DNA from: Formosa sp. Hel1_33_131
GTDB taxonomy: Bacteria; Bacteroidota; Bacteroidia; Flavobacteriales; Flavobacteriaceae
Assembly (NCBI RefSeq): GCF_001735745.1
Contig: NZ_CP017260.1
Location: forward strand, 1,410,001 to 1,442,000
Direction: 5' to 3'
DNA: 32,000 nt
Positions 7,918 through 17,044 of this stretch are shown here, piece after piece. The position numbers were made by a program, and so were the translations under genes. The notes below the pieces were generated by a model. The model had not been told where the DNA came from and searched no databases. It was given only the letters and a program-made list of their open reading frames with translations. Within the stretch, counting starts at the first letter, position 1; every line of letters begins with the position of its first letter.

Positions 7918-8604
7918 TTAAAATACAGCTTTTAAGCGGCTTAAAAGTTGAGAAAGTATTGTGTTGTCTAATTTAATATCAAAGCTATCGGCCACGTTAC
8001 TTTGCAACTTAATAGAATCTTTGATATAGTTTTCTTGCGCTTCAAGGTCGAAGCGTTCCCATGAATTATTATTCTTTTTACCATTATGGTATTTCAACAA
8101 TAATTGAATATTGTCAGGATGATGACTACCTTGATTTTCTTTACCCAAAAGTGCTTTTGCATGGTCAAGTTCGAAGTCTAAACTAAAATAATCTTTAAAA
8201 GCTTTTTGAATATTTTTAAATTCATCTAAACGGTAAATCTCAAAAATTTTCAACTTGTCTTTAGCTTGATTGATTATTTCAATACGTGTTATTGGCTCAA
8301 TATCATCATTTAATTCTTTTTCTTGATTGCTTTGCTGTTCTTCAACAGTTATGTATTTCACTTTGCGTGGACGTTCGCCATCATCGATTAATACATTTTT
8401 AAAATTACCCGATGATAAACGTGATGAAATTCTTGCAGCAATTTCGCGTAAACCCGTTGTATTTTGTTTCTGAGCTTGAGCTTCTTTTTCAGCTTTTACC
8501 AACAAATCGGGATAAAGTTCACTTACTCTCTGCGCCCATTCGAAAACAGTTATAAATCCGGTAAATGTTTTTAAAGCTTCTGTGTATTTCTCATGAATTT
8601 TCAT
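7918..8604 (-). CDS. hypothetical protein with a C-terminal HNH-like (beta-beta-alpha-Me) nuclease motif
   Basis: 228-aa ORF with an ATG at 8604. The C-terminal segment FELDHAKALLGKENQGSHHPDNIQLLLKYHNGKKNNNSW matches the DH...N(L/I)QLL...HN..K spacing of HNH nucleases. I do not recognise the N-terminal 140 aa. Confidence 0.55.
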   Translation of the reverse strand: MKIHEKYTEALKTFTGFITVFEWAQRVSELYPDLLVKAEKEAQAQKQNTTGLREIAARISSRLSSGNFKNVLIDDGERPRKVKYITVEEQQSNQEKELNDDIEPITRIEIINQAKDKLKIFEIYRLDEFKNIQKAFKDYFSLDFELDHAKALLGKENQGSHHPDNIQLLLKYHNGKKNNNSWERFDLEAQENYIKDSIKLQSNVADSFDIKLDNTILSQLLSRLKAVF

Positions 8605-8912
8605 TTCACTTTATTTAAAAAAAATGGTTTCTATATAGTCTATTTAGGCTGAATCGCAAAACGTTTCATTTTTAAAAACACCGCATACATACACCGCTGC
8701 GTAACTACAGTCACTTAATATCTTACTTGAAAGTTGAATTGGTTAATAGAAGAATCAGATTTGAGGTCTAAATCCGAGATAAATGTAGCAAAAATTATTT
8801 AATTGCGGCTAGATAGGCGTCAATTTTAACTGAAAACATCCCTAAATTAGCGTTCTGTTTTTTCTGAATAGCAGTAAAATCATTTTTTTGTCCAACGGCT
8901 CAATTTTTTTAG

Positions 8913-8920
8913 TAGTTTTG
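8913..8920 (+). promoter_or_regulatory. Bacteroidota -7 promoter box (TAnnTTTG) 6 nt before the acyltransferase ATG
   Basis: Exact match tagttttg. The ATG is at 8927. Confidence 0.35.
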
Positions 8921-8926
8921 AATTTC

Positions 8927-9670
8927 ATGAAAATTATAAAATATCCGTTATGGGTTTTGTACAGAATTTGGTTCTATATGCTAGTCACATTGCCAATTCT
9001 CATCATGTTTCCTTTTTTGTTTTTGTCCGTATTAAAACAAAAATGGTACCCCATGTTTTTCAGGCTTGCGCGCATTTGGGCCAAGTGCATCCTTGTCGGA
9101 ATGGGGTATTTTTGGACCGTGAAACACTCAGAGCCCCTCGTCAAAGGGCAGAGTTATGTGTTTGTAGCCAACCACACCTCCATGGCAGACATCATGCTGA
9201 TGTTGGTAGCGTTTAAGAACCACCCCTTTGTGTTTATAGGTAAAAAAGAATTGGCTAAAATTCCAATTTTTGGATTCTTTTACAAACGCACCTGTATTTT
9301 AGTCGATCGCAGCAGTCCAGAAAGCCGAAAAGCAGTTTTTATACGTGCTCAAAACCGCATCAAACAAGGCTCTAGTATTTGTATTTTTCCAGAAGGAGGC
9401 GTACCAGAAGAGTCCGTTGTTTTAGACCGCTTTAAAGCAGGGGCATTCCGATTGGCAATCAATCACAAAGTACCTTTAGTACCCATGACATTTTTTGACA
9501 ATAAAAAACGCTTGTCTTATACTTTTTTTAGTGGAAGTCCTGGAAAAATGCGGGTACAAGTACACCCAACCATCTCTACAGAACACTTAGAAATTGAGGA
9601 CACTAAGGAACTAAGCGAAGAAGTTTTTAGTCTCATTTCAAATTCTTTGGAAGCAGATTTAAAGGCATAA
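8927..9670 (+). CDS. 1-acyl-sn-glycerol-3-phosphate acyltransferase (PlsC-like lysophospholipid acyltransferase)
   Basis: HXXXXD acyltransferase motif in FVANHTSMADI, plus the FPEGG motif. There are N-terminal TM helices. The track start at 8888 is a TTG, so I prefer the ATG at 8927 (MKIIKYPLW). Confidence 0.85.
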   Translation: MKIIKYPLWVLYRIWFYMLVTLPILIMFPFLFLSVLKQKWYPMFFRLARIWAKCILVGMGYFWTVKHSEPLVKGQSYVFVANHTSMADIMLMLVAFKNHPFVFIGKKELAKIPIFGFFYKRTCILVDRSSPESRKAVFIRAQNRIKQGSSICIFPEGGVPEESVVLDRFKAGAFRLAINHKVPLVPMTFFDNKKRLSYTFFSGSPGKMRVQVHPTISTEHLEIEDTKELSEEVFSLISNSLEADLKA

Positions 9671-9674
9671 AAAA

Positions 9675-9825
9675 GAGGCTGTCTGAAAAGTTTTTTTTCT
9701 TGTCAAGCTGAACTCGTTTCAGCTTCTCATCATTATTGTTTTTCAACATTTTGAGATTCTGAAATAAACCTGCCTACCGTCAGGCAGGTTCAGAATGACA
9801 GTTTTTCTACTTTTTATACAGCCTC
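9675..9825. mobile_element. MITE-like / REP-like intergenic hairpin element, copy 1 (151 bp)
   Basis: Terminal inverted repeats: gaggctgtctgaaaag versus the reverse complement of the right end, gaggctgtataaaaag (14/16). Internal hairpin aagctgaa-ctcg-ttcagctt (9705-9724). A second nested hairpin is attctgaa..acctgcct-accgtc-aggcaggt..tcagaat. It is homologous to 26255-26384 and fills the convergent gap between the PlsC-like gene and recA. Confidence 0.7.
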
Positions 9826-9845
9826 CTTAAATTAAGCTATTTTTT

Positions 9846-10850
9846 TTAAGCCTCTCCTTTCAAAACTACTTTTATCTTAGCTTCTAGCTCATCCATCAAT
9901 TCTGGATTGTCTTTGATCATTTGCTTTACAGCATCACGACCTTGCCCCAGTTTTGTATCTTCATAACTAAACCATGAGCCACTTTTCTTAACAATCTCAT
10001 GTTCTACAGCCACATCTAAAATCTCTCCTACTTTAGAAACGCCTTGACCATACATAATGTCAAATTCTGCCAATCGGAACGGCGGTGCCACTTTGTTTTT
10101 CACAACTTTCACACGTGTTTTATTTCCTAAAACATTTCCATCACTGTCCTTTATTTGTGTCGAACGACGAATGTCTAAACGAATAGAAGCATAAAACTTT
10201 AAGGCGTTACCACCCGTAGTCGTTTCAGGATTCCCGAACATCACACCAATCTTTTCACGCAATTGGTTAATAAAAATCATCGTACATTTAGTTTTACTAA
10301 TAGACCCTGTTAGTTTTCTTAAAGCTTGAGACATCAAACGGGCATGAAGTCCCATTTTAGAATCGCCCATTTCTCCTTCAATTTCACTTTTTGGAGTCAA
10401 TGCCGCTACAGAATCAATCACCACCATATCAATGGCTCCAGAACGCACTAAATTATCGGCGATTTCAAGAGCTTGCTCGCCATTATCGGGCTGAGAAATA
10501 ATAAGGTTGTCAATATCAATTCCTAAGTTTTGAGCGTAAAAACGGTCAAAGGCGTGTTCTGCATCAATAAAAGCTGCAATACCACCCGCTTTTTGGGTCT
10601 CAGCAATTGCATGTAAGGTCATGGTTGTTTTACCTGAAGACTCAGGACCATAGATCTCAATCACACGACCTCTTGGATAACCTCCAACGCCCAAGGCGAT
10701 GTCCAATCCTAAAGATCCTGAAGAGGTAACCTCCACATCCACCACAGGGGCGTCACTCATTCTCATTACGGTGCCTTTGCCATACGCTTTGTCAAGTTTG
10801 TCTAACGTAAGCTGGAGGGCTTTTAATTTTGCATCTTTTTCGCTGCTCAT
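9846..10850 (-). CDS. recA: recombinase RecA
   Basis: Unmistakable RecA sequence ([55 protein letters not shown]). Confidence 0.97.
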   Translation of the reverse strand: MSSEKDAKLKALQLTLDKLDKAYGKGTVMRMSDAPVVDVEVTSSGSLGLDIALGVGGYPRGRVIEIYGPESSGKTTMTLHAIAETQKAGGIAAFIDAEHAFDRFYAQNLGIDIDNLIISQPDNGEQALEIADNLVRSGAIDMVVIDSVAALTPKSEIEGEMGDSKMGLHARLMSQALRKLTGSISKTKCTMIFINQLREKIGVMFGNPETTTGGNALKFYASIRLDIRRSTQIKDSDGNVLGNKTRVKVVKNKVAPPFRLAEFDIMYGQGVSKVGEILDVAVEHEIVKKSGSWFSYEDTKLGQGRDAVKQMIKDNPELMDELEAKIKVVLKGEA

Positions 10851-10987
10851 AAGTCTTTTTGTATCTAGTTCTTTCTTCTTGCTAAAATAAGATATCTTTT
10901 GGAAAGTTTGAAAATTTTAACGAACCTTTTTGTAATATTTATGAAACGCTTTCTAACCCTCTTTTACTGAGGTATTCTAAAAATGAG

Positions 10988-10995
10988 TACCTTTG
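10988..10995 (+). promoter_or_regulatory. Bacteroidota -7 promoter box (TAnnTTTG) upstream of trhO
   Basis: Exact match tacctttg, 37 nt upstream of the ATG at 11032. Confidence 0.45.
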
Positions 10996-11031
10996 CAGTT
11001 CAATTAGTATAAACTTAAAAATTAGTATAGC

Positions 11032-12099
11032 ATGCAACTGTACAATACGTTAAGCAATATTGAAAGAGCGGACCTCATCCAACAGGCAGGCAAAGAACGC
11101 TTGACGATCTCTTTCTACAAATATTCGAAAATCAACAACACCGAGTTGTTAAGAAACCACTTATTTCTATCTTGGAATCGTATGGATGTCTTAGGGCGGA
11201 TTTATGTCGCACAAGAAGGGATTAACGCACAGCTTTCAGTTCCTGCCGATAACTTTGAGGCGTTTAAAACCCATTTAGACACCATTGATTTTCTAGAAAA
11301 TGTCCGTCTGAACGTCGCGATTGAACACGACTTATTTTCGTTTTTAAAACTAAAAGTCAAAGTGCGTGATAAGATTGTTTCAGACGGTTTGAACGACGAC
11401 ACTTTTGACCCTTCAGACATAGGGATACACGTGAACGCTTCAGAATTCAATGCATTGATTGAAGATGAAAACACGGTGGTAGTGGACATGCGAAACCACT
11501 ATGAAAGTGAAATCGGTCATTTTAAAAATGCCGTCACTCCTGACGTGGATACCTTTAGAGAATCTTTGGATTTAATAGAAGAAGACCTCAAGGATCATAA
11601 AGAAACCAAAAAATTGGTGATGTACTGTACTGGAGGAATCCGTTGTGAAAAAGCCAGTGCCTATTACAAGCATAAAGGCTTTAAAAATGTATACCAATTG
11701 GAAGGTGGGATTATTAACTATGCCCGACAAGTTGGGAATGCAAAAATTGAAAATAAGTTTATTGGAAAGAATTTTGTGTTTGATCAGCGCCGTGCCGAAA
11801 AAATCTCGGACGATGTCATTGCGAGCTGTCACCAGTGTGGCGCACCCGCAGACATTCATGTGAATTGTGCCAATGATGCCTGTCATTTACTTTTTATTCA
11901 ATGTGATTCTTGTAAAGAAAGCATGGAAAACTGCTGTTCTTCGAATTGTATAGCCACCATCCACATGTCGTATGAAGAGCAAAAAGCACTCCGAAAAGGA
12001 CAAGGCAATAGCAATGATATTTTCAAAAAAGGCCGTGCAGATCATTTGCCTTACAAAAAAGATTTGAGAAATATTTTTGCGACACTCGCTAAGCCCTAG
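11032..12099 (+). CDS. trhO: rhodanese-domain tRNA uridine(34) hydroxylase (UPF0176/TrhO family)
   Basis: N-terminal UPF0176 region (RIYVAQEGINAQLSVP), rhodanese active-site loop (YCTGGIRCEKASAY), and a Cys-rich C-terminal tail (CHQCG...CAN..C..LFIQC..C). Confidence 0.85.
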   Translation: MQLYNTLSNIERADLIQQAGKERLTISFYKYSKINNTELLRNHLFLSWNRMDVLGRIYVAQEGINAQLSVPADNFEAFKTHLDTIDFLENVRLNVAIEHDLFSFLKLKVKVRDKIVSDGLNDDTFDPSDIGIHVNASEFNALIEDENTVVVDMRNHYESEIGHFKNAVTPDVDTFRESLDLIEEDLKDHKETKKLVMYCTGGIRCEKASAYYKHKGFKNVYQLEGGIINYARQVGNAKIENKFIGKNFVFDQRRAEKISDDVIASCHQCGAPADIHVNCANDACHLLFIQCDSCKESMENCCSSNCIATIHMSYEEQKALRKGQGNSNDIFKKGRADHLPYKKDLRNIFATLAKP

Positions 12100-12261
12100 C
12101 ATTCTTAAATTTAAGAGAACCGCTTAAGTTTTCATAAGTTCAGAAAATAGCGCTCACCTCATTTTTTAAGTCCTTAAATAATCTTATATTTACGTTTTAG
12201 ATCATAGAGTTAACACGCATTTGTAATGCTCATGCATTGACAAATTCAATATATATAAATT

Positions 12262-13452
12262 ATGGGATGTACAAGCTGTTCAACAGGGAAAGACGGTCAG
12301 CCAAAAGGCTGTAAAAATAATGGAACATGTGGAACAGATAGCTGCAATAAGCTAACGGTTTTTGATTGGCTTGCGAACATGACCCTCCCCAATGGCGCAA
12401 CTCCTTTTAATTGGGTAGAGGTTCGTTTTAAAAATGGACGGAAAGTATATTATAAAAACACCGAAAATTTAACCCTAAGTATCGGAGATGTAGTGGCAAC
12501 TCAAGCCGCTTCTGGACATGATATTGGCATGGTGACCCTTTCGGGTGAATTGGTAAAGGTTCAAATGAAACGAAAGAAAATTTCTGAAAACCCAGAAGAA
12601 GTTTTTAAAATTTACCGAAAAGCTTCTCAAAGAGATATTGACATCTGGATTGAAGCCAGAGACAAAGAAGATGCCATGAAAGTCAAAGCAAGACAATTTG
12701 CGATTGACCTTAGGTTAAAAATGAAAATTTCTGACATTGAATTTCAAGGGGATGCCAGCAAGGCGACCTTTTATTATACAGCCGATGAACGGGTAGATTT
12801 TAGAGAACTCATCAAATTATTTGCAAGAGAATTCAGAACCCGCATCGAAATGAAACAAGTAGGCTTGCGACAAGAAGCAGCGCGACTTGGAGGCATTGGG
12901 TCTTGTGGGCGCGAATTATGTTGCTCAACGTGGTTGACCGATTTTAGATCGGTAAACACCTCCGCAGCGCGTTACCAACAACTGTCCTTAAACCCTTTAA
13001 AATTAGCAGGGCAGTGTGGGAAATTAAAGTGTTGTTTAAACTATGAATTGGACTCCTATTTAGATGCTTTAAAAGCATTTCCAAAAACAGAAGTCAAACT
13101 AAGAACAGAAAAAGGGACCGCTGTTTGTCAAAAAACAGATATTTTCAAAGGACATATGTGGTATGCTTACGAAGGAGAATGGATGAATTGGCACAAACTA
13201 ACCACCACTCAGGCCAACGAGATTATTGCTCTGAATACTAAAAACCAAAAGGTTGCGAGTTTAGAAGATTATGCAGTCGAATTAGTTGAAGATACTAAAG
13301 CAGATTTTGAAAACGTTGTAGGTCAAGACAGTTTAACACGATTTGACGCCCCTAAAAATCAAAAGCGTAAAAACAACAACAGACGTAAAAACAACAACCG
13401 GAACAATAGAAATAACAGAAAACCTAGACCTCAAAATAACAATGCAAAGTAA
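12262..13452 (+). CDS. PSP1-domain protein (RicT/YaaT-like)
   Basis: Cys-rich N-terminus and a PSP1 core (FYYTADERVDFRELIKLFAREFRTRIEMKQVGLRQEA..LGG.G.CGRELCCSTWL). There is an unusual N/R/K low-complexity tail. Confidence 0.85.
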   Translation: MGCTSCSTGKDGQPKGCKNNGTCGTDSCNKLTVFDWLANMTLPNGATPFNWVEVRFKNGRKVYYKNTENLTLSIGDVVATQAASGHDIGMVTLSGELVKVQMKRKKISENPEEVFKIYRKASQRDIDIWIEARDKEDAMKVKARQFAIDLRLKMKISDIEFQGDASKATFYYTADERVDFRELIKLFAREFRTRIEMKQVGLRQEAARLGGIGSCGRELCCSTWLTDFRSVNTSAARYQQLSLNPLKLAGQCGKLKCCLNYELDSYLDALKAFPKTEVKLRTEKGTAVCQKTDIFKGHMWYAYEGEWMNWHKLTTTQANEIIALNTKNQKVASLEDYAVELVEDTKADFENVVGQDSLTRFDAPKNQKRKNNNRRKNNNRNNRNNRKPRPQNNNAK

Positions 13453-13939
13453 ATCAGTATTATGGGTCCTTCTTTTTGCTTTTGTAGCATTCTCATGTCA
13501 GCAAAACAAAGCGTTTGACCGCTATACATCTATTTCAGACCGTTGGGATAAACAACAAGTAATTAGTTACGATTTTATAGCCCCCGACACTATAAACCCT
13601 TATAACTTATTCGTTAATTTAAGAACGACCACTGATTATAAATTTAGTAATTTATTCTTGATCGTCGAGTTAGATTACCCAAACGGAAAAGTGACAAAAG
13701 ACACTTTAGAGTATCTCATGGCGAAACCAAACGGGGAACTTCTAGGTTCTGGATTTACATCTGTAAAAGAACATAAACTTTGGTTCAAAGGTTTTGACGA
13801 TTCTTTTGTGTTTAGTGAAGAAGGCAGCTATAAAATACAGATTCAACAAGCAATGCGCCATCGGGGAGAGCCGAATGGAGTTGCTCAACTCGAAGGAATT
13901 ATTGATGTCGGTTTTAGTATTGAATCTCCAAATAAATAG
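13442..13939 (+). CDS. gldH: gliding motility lipoprotein GldH
   Basis: Signal peptide plus lipobox (LLFAFVAFSC). The size (~165 aa) and motifs (NLFLIVEL.YPNG, GSGF...EHKLWFKGF) fit GldH. The ATG at 13442 overlaps the PSP1 stop by 11 nt. The PSP1-gldH-PBP1A gene order fits a flavobacterial genome. Confidence 0.8.
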   Translation: MQSKSVLWVLLFAFVAFSCQQNKAFDRYTSISDRWDKQQVISYDFIAPDTINPYNLFVNLRTTTDYKFSNLFLIVELDYPNGKVTKDTLEYLMAKPNGELLGSGFTSVKEHKLWFKGFDDSFVFSEEGSYKIQIQQAMRHRGEPNGVAQLEGIIDVGFSIESPNK

Positions 13940-13944
13940 ATATT

Positions 13945-16284
13945 ATGGCAAAAAAAAAGGCAGCATCTCTTGATTTTTCAAAACCCATTCGTTGGTTTTG
14001 GATGTGTTTTTTAGCAGCTGTTTTAGGGATTGCCCTCATTTTTCTTTCGGCCTCTTTTGGGCTTTTTGGCGACATGCCAGACACCACTGCCTTAGAAAAC
14101 CCACGAACCAATTTAGCCACTGAAATCATTTCATCGGATGGGCAAACCCTTGGTAAGTTTTATTATGAAGACAACAGAACGCCTGTCGCATTTAGTGAAT
14201 TGCCCAAGCATCTTGTAGATGCTCTTATTGCGACCGAGGATGTGCGGTATTTTGACCATGCAGGAATTGATGCGCGAGGCACTTTACGAGCGTTTGCATT
14301 TTTAGGGAAACGCGGCGGCGCGAGTACAATTTCCCAACAATTAGCACGTCAATTATTTGTAGGCGTCAGGTCTAAAAACAAACTAGAAACGGCGATTCAA
14401 AAAATCAAAGAGTGGGTGATTGCCACACGCTTAGAACGCCAATACACCAAAGAAGAAATTATTGCTCAATATTTTAACATCTATGATTTCGGAAACCAAG
14501 CCGACGGAATTCGATCGGCATCTAGAATTTATTTTGGAAAAGAACCTATAGATTTAACACTTAACGAATCTGCGATGTTAGTGGGAATGTTTAAAAATTC
14601 ATCGCTTTATAATCCGCGTCCAACATCCAACCCTGTAGGCACCAAAAACCGCCGAAACGTCGTGTTAAGCCAAATGGCTAAATACGGATTTCTTGAAGAA
14701 ACCATTAAAGACTCGTTACAACAATTGCCTTTAGGACTCAACTATTCTCCAGAATCACATCGGGAAGGGATTGCTACCTATTTTAGAGCCTACCTTCGAG
14801 GATTCATGAAAGAATGGGTCAACACCCCACAAAACACAAAACCCAATGGAGATAAATATAACATCTATAAAGACGGTCTGAAAATTTATACCACAATAGA
14901 CGCGCGTATGCAGACTTTTGCAGAAACCGCGACTAAGGAGCATATGGCCAATTTACAAGCGGAGTTTTTTGTTCAAAATACGCCAAGACGAAATCGAACC
15001 GCCCCCTTTCTGGATTTAGAACCAGAAGAAATTAAGAGCCTGTTAGAGACAAGTATGCGCCGTTCCGAACGGTGGCGTAAAATGAAGTACGATCTAAAAA
15101 AATCTACTGAGGAAATTAAAGCCTCCTTTAAGAAACCTGTTCCCATGAAAATATTTTCATGGACCGCTAAAACCAATGAAATAGATACCATCATGACGCC
15201 CATAGATTCGATGCGTTATTATAAGTCCATTTTAAGAACAGGAATGTTGTCCATGGAACCTCAAACAGGGCACGTAAAAGCATGGGTTGGAGGCGTGAAT
15301 TACAAGCACTTCCAATACGACATGGCCAAACAAGGCAAGCGTCAAGTAGGATCCACCTTTAAGCCTTTTGTGTATGCAGCCGCCATTGATCAATTGCACT
15401 TGTCTCCTTGTGATACCTTTCCAAAATCTCAAATCACGATTGAAGCCATGAAATATGGAAACATGAAGCCGTGGTCGCCTAAAAACTCAGGGGGTAACTA
15501 TGGAGGATTTGAAACTCTGAAGTCGGCTTTGGCAAATTCTAGAAATACCATTACAGCACGCTTGATGAACGAAATTGGGCCACAACCCGTCATCAATTTA
15601 GCCCGCAGTTTAGGAGTAGAACAAAACATTCCCGCAGTGCCTTCAATTGCACTCGGAACCCCTGACTTAAGTGTGTACGAAATGGTGGCAGCATACTCCA
15701 CCTTTGCAAATCAAGGCGTTTATACGACTCCCGTTATGGTCACTCAAATAGAAGATAAAAACGGAACGATACTTTACCAATACGCTCCAGAAACAAAAGA
15801 TGTTCTTAGTAAAGAAGTGGCGTATGTGACGGTTAAATTGATGGAAGGAGTCACACAATTTGGTTCCGGGCAACGTTTGCGCCATTCGGCGCTTAAAAAT
15901 GTACCGGTCTATAAAGAAATTGTCACAGGTTACCCTTATGAATTTACAAATCCAATTGCTGGAAAAACAGGGACTACACAAAATCAAAGTGATGGCTGGT
16001 TTATGGGAATGGTTCCCAATTTGGTCACTGGTGTATGGGTAGGTGGAGAAGACCGAGCCACTCATTTTAAATCAATCACTTATGGACAGGGTGCTGCTAT
16101 GGCACTTCCTATCTGGGCAAATTACATGCGAAGCTGTTATACAGTTGAGGAATTAGGAATTTCAATAGAAGATTTTGTGGCGCCCGAGGACCTCACCATT
16201 GAAGTAGAGTGTGAGCCCATCCTTGAAGAGGGCGATCCGATCCCTGTTGACACCACTACAATTACGCCAGACATCGATTTCTAG
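13945..16284 (+). CDS. penicillin-binding protein 1A (bifunctional glycosyltransferase/transpeptidase)
   Basis: GT51 motifs (ATEDVRYFDHAGID, GASTISQQLAR, RK..E), transpeptidase motifs (STFKP; SRN, i.e. SxN; KTGTT), and an N-terminal TM anchor. Confidence 0.93.
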   Translation: MAKKKAASLDFSKPIRWFWMCFLAAVLGIALIFLSASFGLFGDMPDTTALENPRTNLATEIISSDGQTLGKFYYEDNRTPVAFSELPKHLVDALIATEDVRYFDHAGIDARGTLRAFAFLGKRGGASTISQQLARQLFVGVRSKNKLETAIQKIKEWVIATRLERQYTKEEIIAQYFNIYDFGNQADGIRSASRIYFGKEPIDLTLNESAMLVGMFKNSSLYNPRPTSNPVGTKNRRNVVLSQMAKYGFLEETIKDSLQQLPLGLNYSPESHREGIATYFRAYLRGFMKEWVNTPQNTKPNGDKYNIYKDGLKIYTTIDARMQTFAETATKEHMANLQAEFFVQNTPRRNRTAPFLDLEPEEIKSLLETSMRRSERWRKMKYDLKKSTEEIKASFKKPVPMKIFSWTAKTNEIDTIMTPIDSMRYYKSILRTGMLSMEPQTGHVKAWVGGVNYKHFQYDMAKQGKRQVGSTFKPFVYAAAIDQLHLSPCDTFPKSQITIEAMKYGNMKPWSPKNSGGNYGGFETLKSALANSRNTITARLMNEIGPQPVINLARSLGVEQNIPAVPSIALGTPDLSVYEMVAAYSTFANQGVYTTPVMVTQIEDKNGTILYQYAPETKDVLSKEVAYVTVKLMEGVTQFGSGQRLRHSALKNVPVYKEIVTGYPYEFTNPIAGKTGTTQNQSDGWFMGMVPNLVTGVWVGGEDRATHFKSITYGQGAAMALPIWANYMRSCYTVEELGISIEDFVAPEDLTIEVECEPILEEGDPIPVDTTTITPDIDF

Positions 16285-16340
16285 TGAAATCGTTCAATTA
16301 ATAAAATATTTTTTGTACTTTTTTATCCTAAATTAAAACC

Positions 16341-17042
16341 ATGATAAATAAACAAGTAGCAGACGTAAAAGAAGCCCTCGACGGCGTCTCCAACGGAATG
16401 ACCTTAATGCTCGGTGGTTTTGGATTGTGTGGAATACCTGAAAACGCAATTTCTGAACTAGTCGCCATGGACATTAAGGACCTCACCTGTATTTCAAACA
16501 ATGCAGGAGTTGATGATTTTGGACTTGGATTATTACTCCAAAAACACCAAATTAAGAAAATGATTTCGTCCTATGTTGGCGAAAATGACGAGTTTGAACG
16601 CCAAATGCTTTCAGGCGAATTGGATGTAGAACTGATTCCACAAGGTACTTTGGCAGAACGCTGCCGTGCTGCACAAGCAGGGTTTCCAGCCATTTATACA
16701 CCAGCAGGTTATGGAACCGAAGTTGCCGAAGGCAAAGAGACCCGCGAGTTTGATGGAAAGATGTATGTTTTAGAGACTGCTTTTAAGGCCGAATTTTCTT
16801 TTGTGAAAGCATGGAAAGGCGATGCCGCAGGGAATTTAATATTTAAAGGCACCGCAAGAAATTTTAATCCAAACATGTGTGGAGCGGCGACCATTACGGT
16901 AGCTGAGGTTGAAGAATTAGTACCCGTTGGATCTCTCGATCCCAATCAAATTCACATTCCTGGAATTTTTGTACAACGCATTTTCCAAGGAAAAGATTAC
17001 GAAAAACGCATTGAAAAACGAACTCTAAGACAAAAATCATAA
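16341..17042 (+). CDS. 3-oxoacid CoA-transferase subunit A
   Basis: Family I CoA-transferase A subunit ([28 protein letters not shown]). Confidence 0.9.
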   Translation: MINKQVADVKEALDGVSNGMTLMLGGFGLCGIPENAISELVAMDIKDLTCISNNAGVDDFGLGLLLQKHQIKKMISSYVGENDEFERQMLSGELDVELIPQGTLAERCRAAQAGFPAIYTPAGYGTEVAEGKETREFDGKMYVLETAFKAEFSFVKAWKGDAAGNLIFKGTARNFNPNMCGAATITVAEVEELVPVGSLDPNQIHIPGIFVQRIFQGKDYEKRIEKRTLRQKS

Positions 17043-17044
17043 GC

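Noticed and set aside
8748-8792. Possible second repeat family (R2) matching 6410-6455.
   Set aside because: I did not list it as a feature. It is only about two thirds identical by eye, needs one gap, and lies in AT-rich DNA, so chance similarity cannot be excluded without statistics. It is mentioned only as a tentative part of the R1 finding.
13343-13441. Upstream extension of the gldH ORF (track start 13343).
   Set aside because: The extension reads the PSP1 tail in another frame. The ATG at 13442 is followed at once by a signal peptide and lipobox, as expected for GldH.
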